The notes beneath the pieces are model-generated. The model worked only from the letters and a program-made list of their open reading frames with translations. It searched no databases and was not told the origin of the DNA. DNA of 64,000 nucleotides from Octopus sinensis (taxonomy: Eukaryota), in NCBI RefSeq assembly GCF_006345805.1, contig NC_043006.1, forward strand, positions 20,770,001 to 20,834,000, written 5' to 3'. Below are positions 1-12,740 of this stretch, piece after piece; the first letter of the stretch is position 1; each line of letters starts with the position of its first letter. A program made the position numbers and the translations under genes.

Positions 1-2135
1 GGTTGGCGTTAGGAAGGGCATCCAGCTGTAGAAATACTGCCAGATCAGACTGGAGTCTGGTGCAGCCTCCTGGCTTCCCAGACCCCGGTCGAACCGTCCA
101 ACCCATGCTAGCATGGAAAACGGACGTTAAACGATGATGATGAAATACAGTAAGGTGTTTTTTATAAACATTGAATGGCTAATGAGGGCTTGTAGAGAAA
201 AATAGGAACCAAAACGGTCCATAGGCAAAAAATCGGTTGAGGACCACAGATCTAAATAATTGTGAACAACCATAGACACCCTTTCCCCATCTAATTTTTG
301 ACCTAGTGGAACATCGAAGATCTGACAGTCGGAGGAAAAGAAAGTTACTTCAGTGGCCAGTTGGTAGTCATTTACAGCCAAGTAGACTGATGCGACATGA
401 AATGAAGAACCTTGCTTGAGGAAACACCATGTCACCCAGTCCAGGAATTGAAAACACAACCTTAAACTGAATACCCTAGCCTATATGCCAAGTGGAAATA
501 CTTTAATGTATGTACCACACTTCAACAGATGAGGAATAATTCTATGACAAAACATGACAATTTGTATAGAAAATCCTCTTCCTACTCCTCCTCCTCCTCC
601 TCCTCATCATCATCATTTAATGTCTGCTTTCCATGCTGGCATGGGTTGGACAGCTTGACAGAAACTGGCAAAGCCAGGACTGCAACAGGTCCCATAGTCT
701 GTTTTGGCTTGGTCTCTATAACTGGATGCCCTTTCTAATGCTAACCACTCCACAGAGTGTACTGGGTGCTTTTTATGTGACACCATCGCCAGTGCTTTTA
801 ACATCATACAAATGCTTTTAATATGGTACAAACTATTGCACGATAACACATTCTATGGCAAATACCTAAAATTGCTTCCTCGTGGCCTATGCCAGGGGTG
901 TAACCAGCTCACTTATGCGTACCTTTCCTTCATTGGACACTAAACTCTGCTTGCGAAGACCTGTTGAGGCAAATGAAATCGAAATCAAATTCGATGACTG
1001 GCATCCATGCTAGTGGAGCGCTTAGAGTACCATCCGAGCGTGATCGTTGCCAGAGCAACAAACTGGCTTCCATGTCGGTGGCACGTAAAAGGCACTATTC
1101 GAATGTGATCATTACCTGTGTCGCTTTACTGGCACTTGTGCAGATAGCATGTGAAAAAATATTTGAGCGAGGTCATTGCCAGTGCTACTGGACTGGTTCC
1201 TGTGCAGGTGGCACGTAAAAAACACCATTTGAGCGTGGTCGTTGCCAGTACTGCCTGACTGGCCCTTGTGCCGGTGGCCCATAAAAGCATCCACTACACT
1301 CTCGGAGTGGCTGGCGTTAGGAAGGGCATCCAGATGTAGAAACTCTGCTAGATCAGATTGGGGTCTAGTGCAGCCATCTGGTTCACCAGACCTCTGTCAA
1401 ATCGTCCAACTCATGCTAGCATAGAAAGCAGACGTTAAATGATGATTTTTTATTTTTATTTCATCTAGTTTCAGCTCACGAGCTGTGACCATGCTGGGGC
1501 ACCGCCATTTATGAGAAAAAGTTGTGGCGAAAGAGTCAGTGGAAGCTCACCATTACTTTCTGCTGGAGCTGCATGGAGCTTAGGTGTTTTGCTCATAAAC
1601 ACACACATCGCCCAGTCTGAGATTCCAACTCGCAATCTCTCAACTGTGAGTTCGCTGCTCTAACCACTAGGCCATGACCATGCACAAAAGTAATGCAACT
1701 ATGAACTTCAATGGGAACTGAACTGAGAATACTGAGATGTAGAGAACAAAAGACGATTGATTGGCAGAATTGTTCAAGCATTGAACAAATACCTTTTTTA
1801 CTACATCATTGCCTTCTGAGTTCAAATCTCATCAATCTCACCTTTGTATTTTATTGTTCTGGAATCAATAAAGTACTAGTAAAGTGCCGGGGTAATTTCT
1901 TCACCCCAAACATATATACATTTACACACAAACACAAATAGGGCTCTACATAGTTTCCGTATACCAAATTTGTTCCAAAGGCATTTGTTGGTCTGGAACT
2001 ATAGTAGAAGAAACTTGTCTAAGGTGTTGCACAGTGGGACTGAACCCAAAACCAAGCGGTTGCAAAATGAATTCTTTATCCATGTAAACATAGATGTATA
2101 TTAAGGTATATATGAGACATAACAGAGAGAAATGA

Positions 2136-2345
2136 TGATGGTGTGTAGGGCAAAGAAAGAAAGAGAGAAAGAAAAGAAAGAAGGAAAGAAAGGAAAGAAA
2201 GAAGGAAAGAAAGGAAAGAAAGAAGGAAAGAAAGGGGGAGAGAGAGAAAGAAAGAAAGAATCTCTCTATATCTATATGGAAGCAGTATAAGTTATCTAGC
2301 AGGTACAGCAGAGACAGGGAGAGAGAGAGAGAGAGAGAGAGAGTG
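2136..2345. repeat. Purine-rich (GAAA)n/(GA)n simple repeats
   Basis: Directly visible. Confidence 0.85.
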
Positions 2346-2410
2346 AAGCACAGTCACTAGAATATATAAGCATATATAGATAGAAGAGAAATAGAAAGAG
2401 GATAACTTAC

Positions 2411-2488
2411 AGGTGAATTCTGTTTTGAGTTGTTTGACTTGATCTTCCGATGCAAAGCTGGAACTGGTGGGGATTTTGGACGTTGGGA
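2411..2488 (-). CDS. CSPP1: CSPP1 exon R ([26 protein letters not shown])
   Basis: Acceptor tcttttacag|, donor |gtaagt; 78 nt, phase 0-0; SPPVPAL motif. Confidence 0.9.
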
Positions 2489-5400
2489 CTGTAAAAGAAA
2501 TTGGCAGTTATAGATTTCCAGTGGTTTCATCACTGTTATATGACATTTAAGATGGTGAAAGTGACAAGTGTTTGTTTAACTCGGGCAGAACAAATATCCC
2601 ACTGGATCCCTAGTATACAGCGAGGTCATAAAATACTGAGCATGGTACTTCAAACTGCTAAAAATATCAGTCAAATCTCCCTCACAATCAATCTGTTGAA
2701 GGTCACACTGGAGAATACAGTACTAGTTATACACCATTTGTTTTTCAGTGCTTGCATGGGTTAGATCAGGGGTTCACAACCATTTTTCATCCATGGAACC
2801 CTTTGATTACAATTTTATTCTGGTAGACTCTACCATAACCATTTGAGGTTTAGAAACTAGTTTTATAGAAACTTTCAAAATTCCTATTTTATTTTTTGCA
2901 CGTGGGTTGAACTATGGTAAAATGTTCAAGAAAGAAACCTAGCAATACATACCAATATATATATTTGAAGCAAAATTTTCTCAAGAGCCCTTAAAATACC
3001 ATCGTGGATCCTCAAGTAACTATTTTGTGGTGTGGACACCCCAAAATATTATATGGACCCTAGTTGAGAATCACTGGGTTAGATAAATATATTGTTGGGG
3101 TATTGTCTTACAAGTGGGTGCTCTCAACCCTTGATTGTATTTTTAAGTAAAAGATCTCTTATTCTGCTTGTTTTCAGAAGAACAATATATACTAAGACAA
3201 ATACAATACTAATAAGTAACAGTTTAATAGTACTCTCACTCAAAAACTGTGGAGGCGCAATGGCCTAGTGGTTAGGGCAGCGGACTCGCGGTCGTAGGAT
3301 CGCGGTTTCGATTCCCAGACCGGGCATTGTGAGTGTTTATTGAGCGAAAACACCTAAAGCTTCACAAGGCTCCTGCAGAGGGTGGTGGTGAACCCTGCTG
3401 TACTCTTTCACCACAACTTTCTCTCACTCTTTCTTCCTGTTTCTGTTGTACCTGTATTTCAAAGGGCCAGCCTTGTCACACTCTGTGTTACGCTGAATCT
3501 CCTCGAGAACTACGTTAAGGGTACACGTGTCTGTGGAATGCTCAGCCACATGCACGTTAATTCCACGAGAAAGCTGTTCCGTTGATCGTATCAGCTGGGA
3601 CCCTCATCGTCGTAACCGATGGAGTGTTCCTACTACTACTCACAAACTGACAGTCAAGTACTCTATCAGTTTAAACCCCCACCCAACCTGTGTGTCATTG
3701 CTGCTGTCATCTCAGGTCAAGTTTGCTTGGATTTAGCTCTGTACTTGATTTTCCAAACACCATGGCACCAAGCAGAAACCAAATCAGAACGCACTTCCTG
3801 TTGGATCAATGGATGCATGGTTCAGGACAACAGTCAAAGTAGTGCTGGAACGAAAACAATTGCAGCGTGGAAAGTGTTTATAAGCCATTTAAGAAACACA
3901 AAAAAACCGTTAGATTCACTTCAACGTTTAAATTTAATTTGTCAAAATATCTTCATCGCTTTGAGACTGCGACCTGTTCACTGACAAAACTTTGTGATGC
4001 AGCACTAAGTTTTGTCAGTGAACAGGTCGCGGTCTCAAAGCGATGAAAATATTTTGACAAATTAAATTTAAATGTAGTCAAAGTAGTGTTATGGTTAAAT
4101 GAAACTTTTCACTGGCTGAGTGTCATCTTTGACTACCATTTCTATAGATGTTAGCAGTGGTCCACAATAGGAACATGGTTACCTTAGTTGATGTCATTAA
4201 TATGGTTCCATCTTCAATCATCTTGGGAATTTCACTGTTGACTATTGCTTAACTGATTCTTCTACCAAAACTGTATGTCTGCCATGCTACTTTCCATGGT
4301 GACTCCCATGACTTCTGATGGCGACTCTATTTAGTGTAACCTCACTTCAGACTTGTTTGGTTTGATTAGAACAAAAAAAAAAACAAATTCTGCCTCGGCC
4401 TTCTACATGAGATGGAGCCAGCCTACGTATGCATACCTTCCCTTCTTGGGACACAAAACTCTACTTGTGAAGACCTGTTGAGGCAAGTGAGGATCAGAAT
4501 CGAAATCGATCAATGGAAATTGCACATGTGTTACCAGTGCCGGTGGCATGTAAGAGAACCATCTGTTCGTGACCGTTGCCAGCACCGCCCCGACTGGCCT
4601 CGTGCCGGTGGCACGTAAAAAGCACCATCCGTTTGTGTCCGTTGCCAGCCTCGCCTGGCCCCCGTGCCGGTGGCACATAAAAAGTACCATCCGTTCGTGG
4701 CCGTTTGCCAGCTCTGTCTGGCACCTGTGCGGGTGGCACGTAAAAAGCACCCACTACACTCACGGAGTGGTTGGCGTTAGGAAGGGCATCCAGCCGTAGA
4801 AACACTGCCAGATCTGACTAGGCCTGATGAAGCCTTCTGGCTTCACAGACCCCAGTTGAACCGTCCAACCCATGCTAGCATGGAAAACGGACACTAAATG
4901 ATGATGATGATGATGATGATAGTTCTTTAGACCATGTCATCATCATCATCATCATTTAACGTCCGCTTTCCATGCTAGCATGGGTTGGACGATTTTGACT
5001 GAGGGCTAACGAACCAGATGGCTGCACCAGGCTCCAATCTTGATCTAGCAGAGTTTCTACAGCTGGATGGCCTTCCTAACGCCAACCACTCCGACAGTAT
5101 AGTAGGTGCTTTTTACGTGCCAACAGCATGGGGGCCAGTCAGGCGGTACTGGCAATGGACCTCACTCGAATCTTTTTACACGTGCCACTGGCACAGGTGC
5201 CAGTGAAGCGACATTGGTAACGATCACGCTTGAATGGTGCCCTTTTATGTGCCACGGGTACGGAAGCCGGTTGGCTGCTCTGGCAACGATCACGCTTGGA
5301 TGGTGCTCTTGGCACCCTATTAGCACAGGCATAAGCACCAGTAAGGGCTGCGAGCTGGCAGAAACGTTAGCACGCCGGGCTAAATGCTTTGTGGTATTTT

Positions 5401-5811
5401 GTCTGCCGCTGAGTTCTGGAGTTCAAATTCCGCCGAGGTTGACTTTGCCTTTCATCCTTTCGGGGTCGATAAATTAAGTACCAGTTATGCACTGGGGTCT
5501 ATGTAATCGACTTAATCCATGTTTGTCCTCTGTGTTTAGCCCCTTGTGGGTAGTAAAGAAATAGGTAACGTGTGACTATGCAAATCCCATCACATGATCA
5601 AGACTGCGTTAAGAAACAGAATATCCAACAAATGATACTCACTGACTGTTGATGTTGCTGCTGCTGTTGTTCTTCCTCTAGTTTTCTCTCTCTCTCTCTC
5701 CTCTCCCTTTCTCGCCTCTCTTCAGCGTCTTTTACCTGTTTCTCTGCTGCTGCCTTCTTGCTCTCCAGCAGCTGCTTCATCTCTTCTTCACGTCTTCTCT
5801 CCTAAAACAAT

Positions 5812-5847
<36 letters not shown>

Positions 5848-8800
5848 TAATAATAATAATGAGGTAACCAGAATGTGGAATCTAAAAACAGAAACAATTC
5901 CTATCACAGTAGATGCATTAGGCATGATAAAAAAAATATTCAGACAGGACTTACAAACACATATAACATACAGAAAATTGCACTACTAGGCACTGCACAC
6001 ATCCTACACAGAACACTTTCAATACAGTAACCATCAGAGCATCACAACAAATCACAGCACATACCCAAGGCACACAGAGCTGCGGTGAGGAATAGTGGAT
6101 CACATAAACCCCAGTACTCAACTGGTACTTATTTTATTGACCTTTGAATGGACGAAAAGCAAAGTCAACTTTGGCAGAAGAAATGCCAAAGAATTTTGTC
6201 CAGCTCACAACATCATAAGCGGAAAGTGTAACCTCTCGAAAGAGCTGTTCTTCACTCCTGTTCCAGAGCTTCGGCTGTGGGGTCATTCCGAAAAGCTCTA
6301 TCTGCGACGATTTCATCTCAATCGAAGGAGAGGGGCTTTCTCCGTCCAGGTTGCGGATCCGTGGAATAAGCTGCCAGACGAGATGGTGAAGATGCTGACG
6401 ACCGCTCGGTTCAAAGTCTCCCTTGACCACAAGTGGCCTGAACTCTTTACATGAACACCACCCTGTACATAACTCCATGTCCCCCTACATGGCCTTGCTT
6501 TTTGCTTTTTGAGCCAAAAAATTAACTAACTAACTAACTAATGATTCTGAGAGGCCAGGTCATTGGTTGATACACTAACTCCAGTACTGGACTGGTACTT
6601 TAATTTATTGATCCTAGAGAGATGAAAAGCAAAGTCAACCGTGACAGGATTTGAACACAAAATGTAAATAACTGAAAGAAATATTGCAAAGCATTTTGCT
6701 TGATTCTCAAATGATCTCTCAGTATATTGCCCTAATAATAATATGTTTTTGATTTAGGCACAAGGCCAGCAATTTTGAGGGGCAGGAGTTGTTGATACCA
6801 TTAACCCCGATACTTGGTTGGTCCTTCATTTTAATGACATTCATCATCATCATCATTTAACATCTGTTTTCCATGCTGGCATGGGTTGGACAGTTTGATA
6901 TGGGTGGGCTAGGCAGAAAACTGCACCACGCTTCACTTCCTGTTTTGGCAGGGTTTTTACAGCTGGATGTCTTTCCTAACACCAACCAATTTACAGAGTG
7001 GACATTGGAGGGATGAAAAAAAGAAAACCAGAGAACAGTAATGAAAGCCTTCAGTTCTCAGTTCTACACTGCTCAATACTGAAATGGCTTCCATCGTCTT
7101 CCTTTGGTTATTATAGTTTCTCATGCTGGTATGGGTCAGACAGTTTGACAAAACTCAAGGTGGCAAGCTGGCAGAATCGTTAGCACGCTGGGCGATATGA
7201 TTAGCTGTATTTTGTCTGCCGCTACGTTCTGAGTTCAAATTCCACCAAGGTCGACTTTGCCTTTCATCCTTTCGGGGTTGATTAAATAAGTACCAGTTAC
7301 GCACTGGGGTCGATGTAATTGACTTAATCTGTTTGTCTGTTCTTGTTTGTCCCCTCTATGTTTAGCCCCTTGTGGGTAGTAAAGAAATGGGCATTTCGTC
7401 TGCCGCTACGTTCTGAGTTCAAACTCCGCCATGGTCAACTTTGCCTTTCATCATTTCGGGGTCAATTAAATAAGTACCAGTTACGCACTGGGGGTCAATG
7501 TAATCGACTTAATCCGTTTGTCTGTTCTTGTTTGTCCCCTCTATGCTTAGCCCCTTGTGGGTAGTAAAGAAATAGGTATTTCGTCTGCCGCTACGTTCTG
7601 AGTTCAAACTCCGCCATGGTCGACTTTGCCTTTCATCATTTCGGGGTCAATTAAATAAGTACCAGTTACGCACTGGGGTCGATGTAATTGACTTAATCCG
7701 TTTGTCTGTTCTTGTTTGTCCCCTCTATGCTTAGCTCCTTGTGGGTAGTAAAGAAATAGGTATTTCGTCTGCCGCTACATTCTGAGTTCAAACTCCGCCA
7801 TGGTCGACTTTGCCTTTCATCATTTCGGGGTCAATTAAATAAGTACCAGTTACGCACTGGGGTCGATGTAATCGACTTAATCCGTTTGTCTGTTCTTGTT
7901 TGTCCCCTCTATGTTTAGCCCCTTGTGGGCAATAAAGAAGCAAAGACTCACTGAGTCACAAGAGTTTGTTGTCATAGTGGAGATACATGGCAACCCCACA
8001 TTATATGTAATGATGGGTAGGAATGGTCAGGGATGGAGCTACAAAAAAAGATAAAGATGGCAGCAATGAGACATCATTACTATCTTTGCAAGAAGGTGAA
8101 TGAATGACAGTGAGGCGATAAGGTTCAATATGTAGGGTTTTCAGTCCCCACTTCTCCCAGACACCAGTGATCATCAGTAAATACTTACTTCTTCAGCTTT
8201 AGCTTTCTTCTTTTTCACTTCCTGTTCAAATTCTTCCTGCATCTTCTTGCGATCATCTTCCAAACGTTTGTTAACCTTATCTTCCTCTTGTTTCTGAAGT
8301 TCCAACTCAGCCAGTTTTCTGTTTCTTTTCTCCATAATCTAAGATAATAAAAAAATGAATAAAAGTAATAATAAAAATAAATAAGTAAATAGATAAATAA
8401 ATAATAATATATATTTCTTTATTGCCCACAAGGGGCTAAACATAGAGGGGACAAACATGGACAGACAAAGGGATCAAGTCATTTACATCGACCGCAGTGC
8501 GTAACTGGTACTTAATTTATCGACCCCGAAAGGATGAAAGGCAAAGTCGACCTCGGCAGAATTTGAACTCAGAACGTAACGGCAGACGAAATACGGCTAC
8601 GCATTTCGCCCGGCGTGCTAACGTTTCTGCCAGCTCGCCGCCTAATAATAATGTAGGCTTAGGAGTGGATGTGTGATAAGTAGCTTCTAGGCATAGGAGT
8701 GGCTGTGTGGTAAGTAGCTTGCTTATCAACCACATGGTTCTGGGTTCAGTCCTACTGCATGGCACCTTGGACAAGTGTCTTCTACTATAGCCTCAGGCCG

Positions 8801-9103
8801 ACCAAAGCCTTGTGAGTGGATTTGGTAGATGGAAACTGAAAGAAGCCTGTCGTATATATGTATATATATGTGTGTGTGTTTGTGTGTCTGTGTTTGTCCC
8901 CCCAACATCGCTTGACAACCGATGCTGGTGTGTTTACGGCCCCGTTACTTAGCAGTTCAGCAAAAGGGAACGATAGAATAAGTACTAGGCTTACAAAGAA
9001 TAAGTCCTGGGGTCAATTTGCTCGACTAAAGGCGGTGCTCAAGCATGGCCACAGTCAAATGACTAAAACAAGTAGAATAGTAACAATGATAATAATAATG
9101 ATC

Positions 9104-9149
<46 letters not shown>

Positions 9150-9842
9150 TAATTCTTTCTAAAATATGCACAAAGCCCAAGAGAGATGGGTAGTTGATTA
9201 CACTGACACCAATGCTCCACTGGTACTATGTAACTAACTCCAAAAGGATGAAAGGCAAAGACAACCTCCCAGCTTCATGCCTAAATAATAATAATAATCA
9301 ACAAAGTCTCAGCAAATTTGTACTTGAATGTAAAGTTCATGAAGAAAAATTGCTAAGCATTTCTTCATGCTCTTTATATTAAGTTTGTAATTGATTACCA
9401 TGTGGACTGTTAGCTAAGTCCGTAAGAAGAGCTTTATGTGATAACTGCATGACTACTCCAATATATTATTTAATAAACACAATATTATGTTTTTATGAGC
9501 TACTATTAGTGTCATGTGCTGAGAACATACCAAACACTGTTTTATAACAAGTCTGGTGTTTGACACTAATGATTCTAGCAGCTCAATGCCATAATAATAA
9601 TAATAATAATAATTATAATAATAATAATAGTCCTTTCTATTATATGCACTAGGCCTGAAACTTGGAGGAGGGGGTGAGTTGATTACACTGACTCCAGTGC
9701 TTGACTGGTACTGGTTTCCTCAAACTTGAAAGGATGAAAAGCAAAATTGACCTCAGACGAATTTGAACTAAGACTGTAAGGACAGACAAAATCCCACTAA
9801 ACATTTCACCTGGCATACTAACATTTCTGCCAGCTTGTCGCC

Positions 9843-9875
<33 letters not shown>

Positions 9876-12701
9876 TAGAAAGGATTGAGGTAACTCCTCT
9901 TGAAGATACAACGTCAAAATTAAAAGAAGAGTGCCTTTGTTATCTAGTGAATGATATTTTGACATATTGTGTGTCTTCAACTGGTTAGAAGGTTTTGGCC
10001 AAAGTGCTAGCCAAGAGATTGGCGCTTGTTGAGGACAAGCTGGTCAGCAAGACGCAGACATGCGCCGTGCCGACCAGGTCGATACACGACAACCTCCATC
10101 TCATGCGCTACATCATAGAGAGGGTGGGTAACGACGCTGGCGCGGGTGGGGCTTTGATCAACTTGGATCAGAGTAAAGCCTTCGATAGGGTCGACCATCG
10201 GTACCTGGCAGCTGTCCTCAAGGCAGCCGGCTTCGGTCCAGTCTTCCGCGGGTGGATAGCTGCTTTATACAGCAACATCTACTCGGTGATACGGGTGAAC
10301 GGTCACCTTTCGGAACCGTTCGACATCTCGCGTTCGGTCCGCCAAGGATGCCCTCTCTCCTCCCTCTTGTACATTTTGACTCTCGAGCCATTACTGCGCA
10401 AGTTGGAGGCTTTGAGGGGTATCCCGCGCGATCTAGGAGGCGGAAACAGCGTGTCTGCTTATGCCGACGACGTCACCGTGGTGGTGTCGAGCCACAGGCA
10501 CATTGGCCTGATTGGCGAGACGCTAAACCAGTACGAAGCGGTGACAGGGGCAAAGATTAACGCGGAAAAGTCTGTGGGCTTGCAACTGGGCACCTGGAGA
10601 GGCAAGCCCATGCCGTCCAACAGCGTCGTAGGGCGCTGGACAGACGGACCCGTTAAACTGCTCGGGGCCTGGTTCGGTCCGGACCTCCAGGTGGATAAGA
10701 ACTGGGAAGAGGTGACGAGCAGGGTGGCACGTCTCACCCAGAAATGGGCTGAGAGGAAGCTGTCCCTGAAAGGTCGAGCGGAGGTGACGAATGCGTACAT
10801 CGCATCCGTCATCTATTACCGCTTGACCGTCGTCCCTTGTCCCGACCGCTGGTTGGCCAAGCTGGTACGCCTGCTCTTCGACTTTTTGTGGAAGGGTCAG
10901 GTGCCACTGGTCAGGCGATCCATCTGCTGTCAACGACCGCTGAACGGAGGCCTTGGAATGCCGTGGTTGCTGTTGCGCAGACATGCGCTCAGGCTGCGGC
11001 ATCTCAAGCGCTTCCTAGACGGTGAACAGGTGTGGTCGTCTTTTGTCAGACGCGATTTTCCGCAGCTCGTCTCTTTGACGGAGCTGCAGACCTGGATCAA
11101 ACGTAGACCGAGAAAGGGCGCTTGGCACCTCGAGTGCCGTCAAGCCCTCTCCGCCCTCCGCCAGGCGGGCAATGCGATCGGTTACAGCTCCACTCTAGCG
11201 TTCTATAGAGGGTTAGTGGAGGAAAAATGCGATGACGTTCTCAGGGAAACTCTAGGCGTTGAAGACGACGAACTGAGCGGTCTGTTCGGGAGGACTTTCG
11301 GGCCGGGGCCGATGGATAATTTCCAGAGGTCTCTCGCCTGGCAGTGCTACCGAGGGGCTCTGCCTGTTTGAGATAAACTCTACCGGCACGGAAGTGCCGT
11401 CAGCCGAGCCTGCCCGAGGTGTTGCCAGGACGACGAAACCGTTCTGCACGCACTCGTCCAGTGCCCGAGTATTGCTGAAATATGGGTTTATGTCGAACAG
11501 CTACTGTCACGTGTAGGACGGATCCGACTATCGGCTGAATCCATTGTGAAGATTGCCCCACCGACCTCCTTTAACAAGGAGGGCGAGGCCGTTTTCTTGT
11601 GCCTAGTGGCTGTGGCGAAAGAGGTGGTGTGGTGGACTCGTTTGAAAGGGCTAAAGTCAGACACTTTCCTCTTTGGTCAAGGCTTCATCAACTTTTTCAA
11701 GTTTCACTTGAAAAGGAAGATGAGGTTAGAGAGGAAAGTGCTGTCCGATAGCAAGTTTTATGAAAGGTGGGTGAATTGTGCGAGACTGGCCTGTATAAAT
11801 GGACCAGTTCTCAGGTTTCGCCTGTGATTTCAAAAAGGTAATACAAAAGGAAGAAAAAGGGGACTCTCTACACCCCTTTTTTGACCAGGCTCCCGTTGGC
11901 TTTTGTAGGGTTTTTTCCACCAGGAACCTTTCGAAACGTCTCCCCCTTTTGGGAGTTTTTCATTGTTGAATTTTATAAGTTGTTATAAAGATTTTTACTC
12001 GATGTTTTTCAAAAACGGCAAAACCCTTTGTAACCTTTCGTTCTGTCTTGTCCCTTTATGTAATCATGCGTGTCAGCCCTTGTGGCCAATAAAAAAGAAT
12101 TGATTATTATTATTATTATTTTAATTTTGACTCTATATCTTCAGGAGGAGTTACCTCAATCCCTTCTATATTAACCAAAACGAAGTAGATTGGCAAAATT
12201 ATTTTTTGAACCAGTTGAAGACACACAAGATGTTGAAATATCGTTCACTAGATAACAATATTCTGCTCAATAACACAAATTTGCTTGTCAGTTGTTTGAC
12301 CGTAACCAGTTGAGCATAGCTTAGTGGCTGACAATATGTGCATCTCTGATCATGAGCAGAAGTAGTGAGGGAGCAAAATAGGCATGTGTTGAGGGGAATT
12401 CTTTGGGGCTTGGATAGTTCACCTCTGGAAACATGGGTGTTTCTTTCATCCAACATCCTTACACAACCTTCATTCAGGGACCTTTTGAGCAGGATAGGCT
12501 ACTTGACCTGAAGAAAATTCTAACTGGGCCCCACCTGCAAGGTCATGCACTGTTTATCTTCATAGGAGATCACTGTGTTGCACACATATGGTTGCGATGC
12601 ATGTGCCCGGTATACCCTTATCAGGCAGGTACTCATTTTGGGTATACTGGGCTTTGTATTTTTTACCCCACTGTCACTTTGATGGCATGCACTGCTCTCT
12701 C

Positions 12702-12740
<39 letters not shown>

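Larger units (their letters stand above)
3850..4072. mobile_element. Penelope-like short element with inverted (foldback) arrangement
   Basis: Arms of about 65 bp at 3927-3992 and 4008-4072, each carrying the hammerhead motif; no GIY-YIG or RT ORF present, so the PLE assignment is inferred. Confidence 0.5.

Noticed and set aside
127-459. 110-aa minus-strand ORF as the next CSPP1 exon
   Set aside because: Built from a SINE fragment and a hAT-like end (ggttgaggaccacag); no phase-0 exon with CSPP1-like sequence found.
3253-3330. tRNA gene-like sequences (also 30119, 31045, 39405)
   Set aside because: They are SINE heads: each continues into a conserved body, two have TSDs, and no proper acceptor stem closes.
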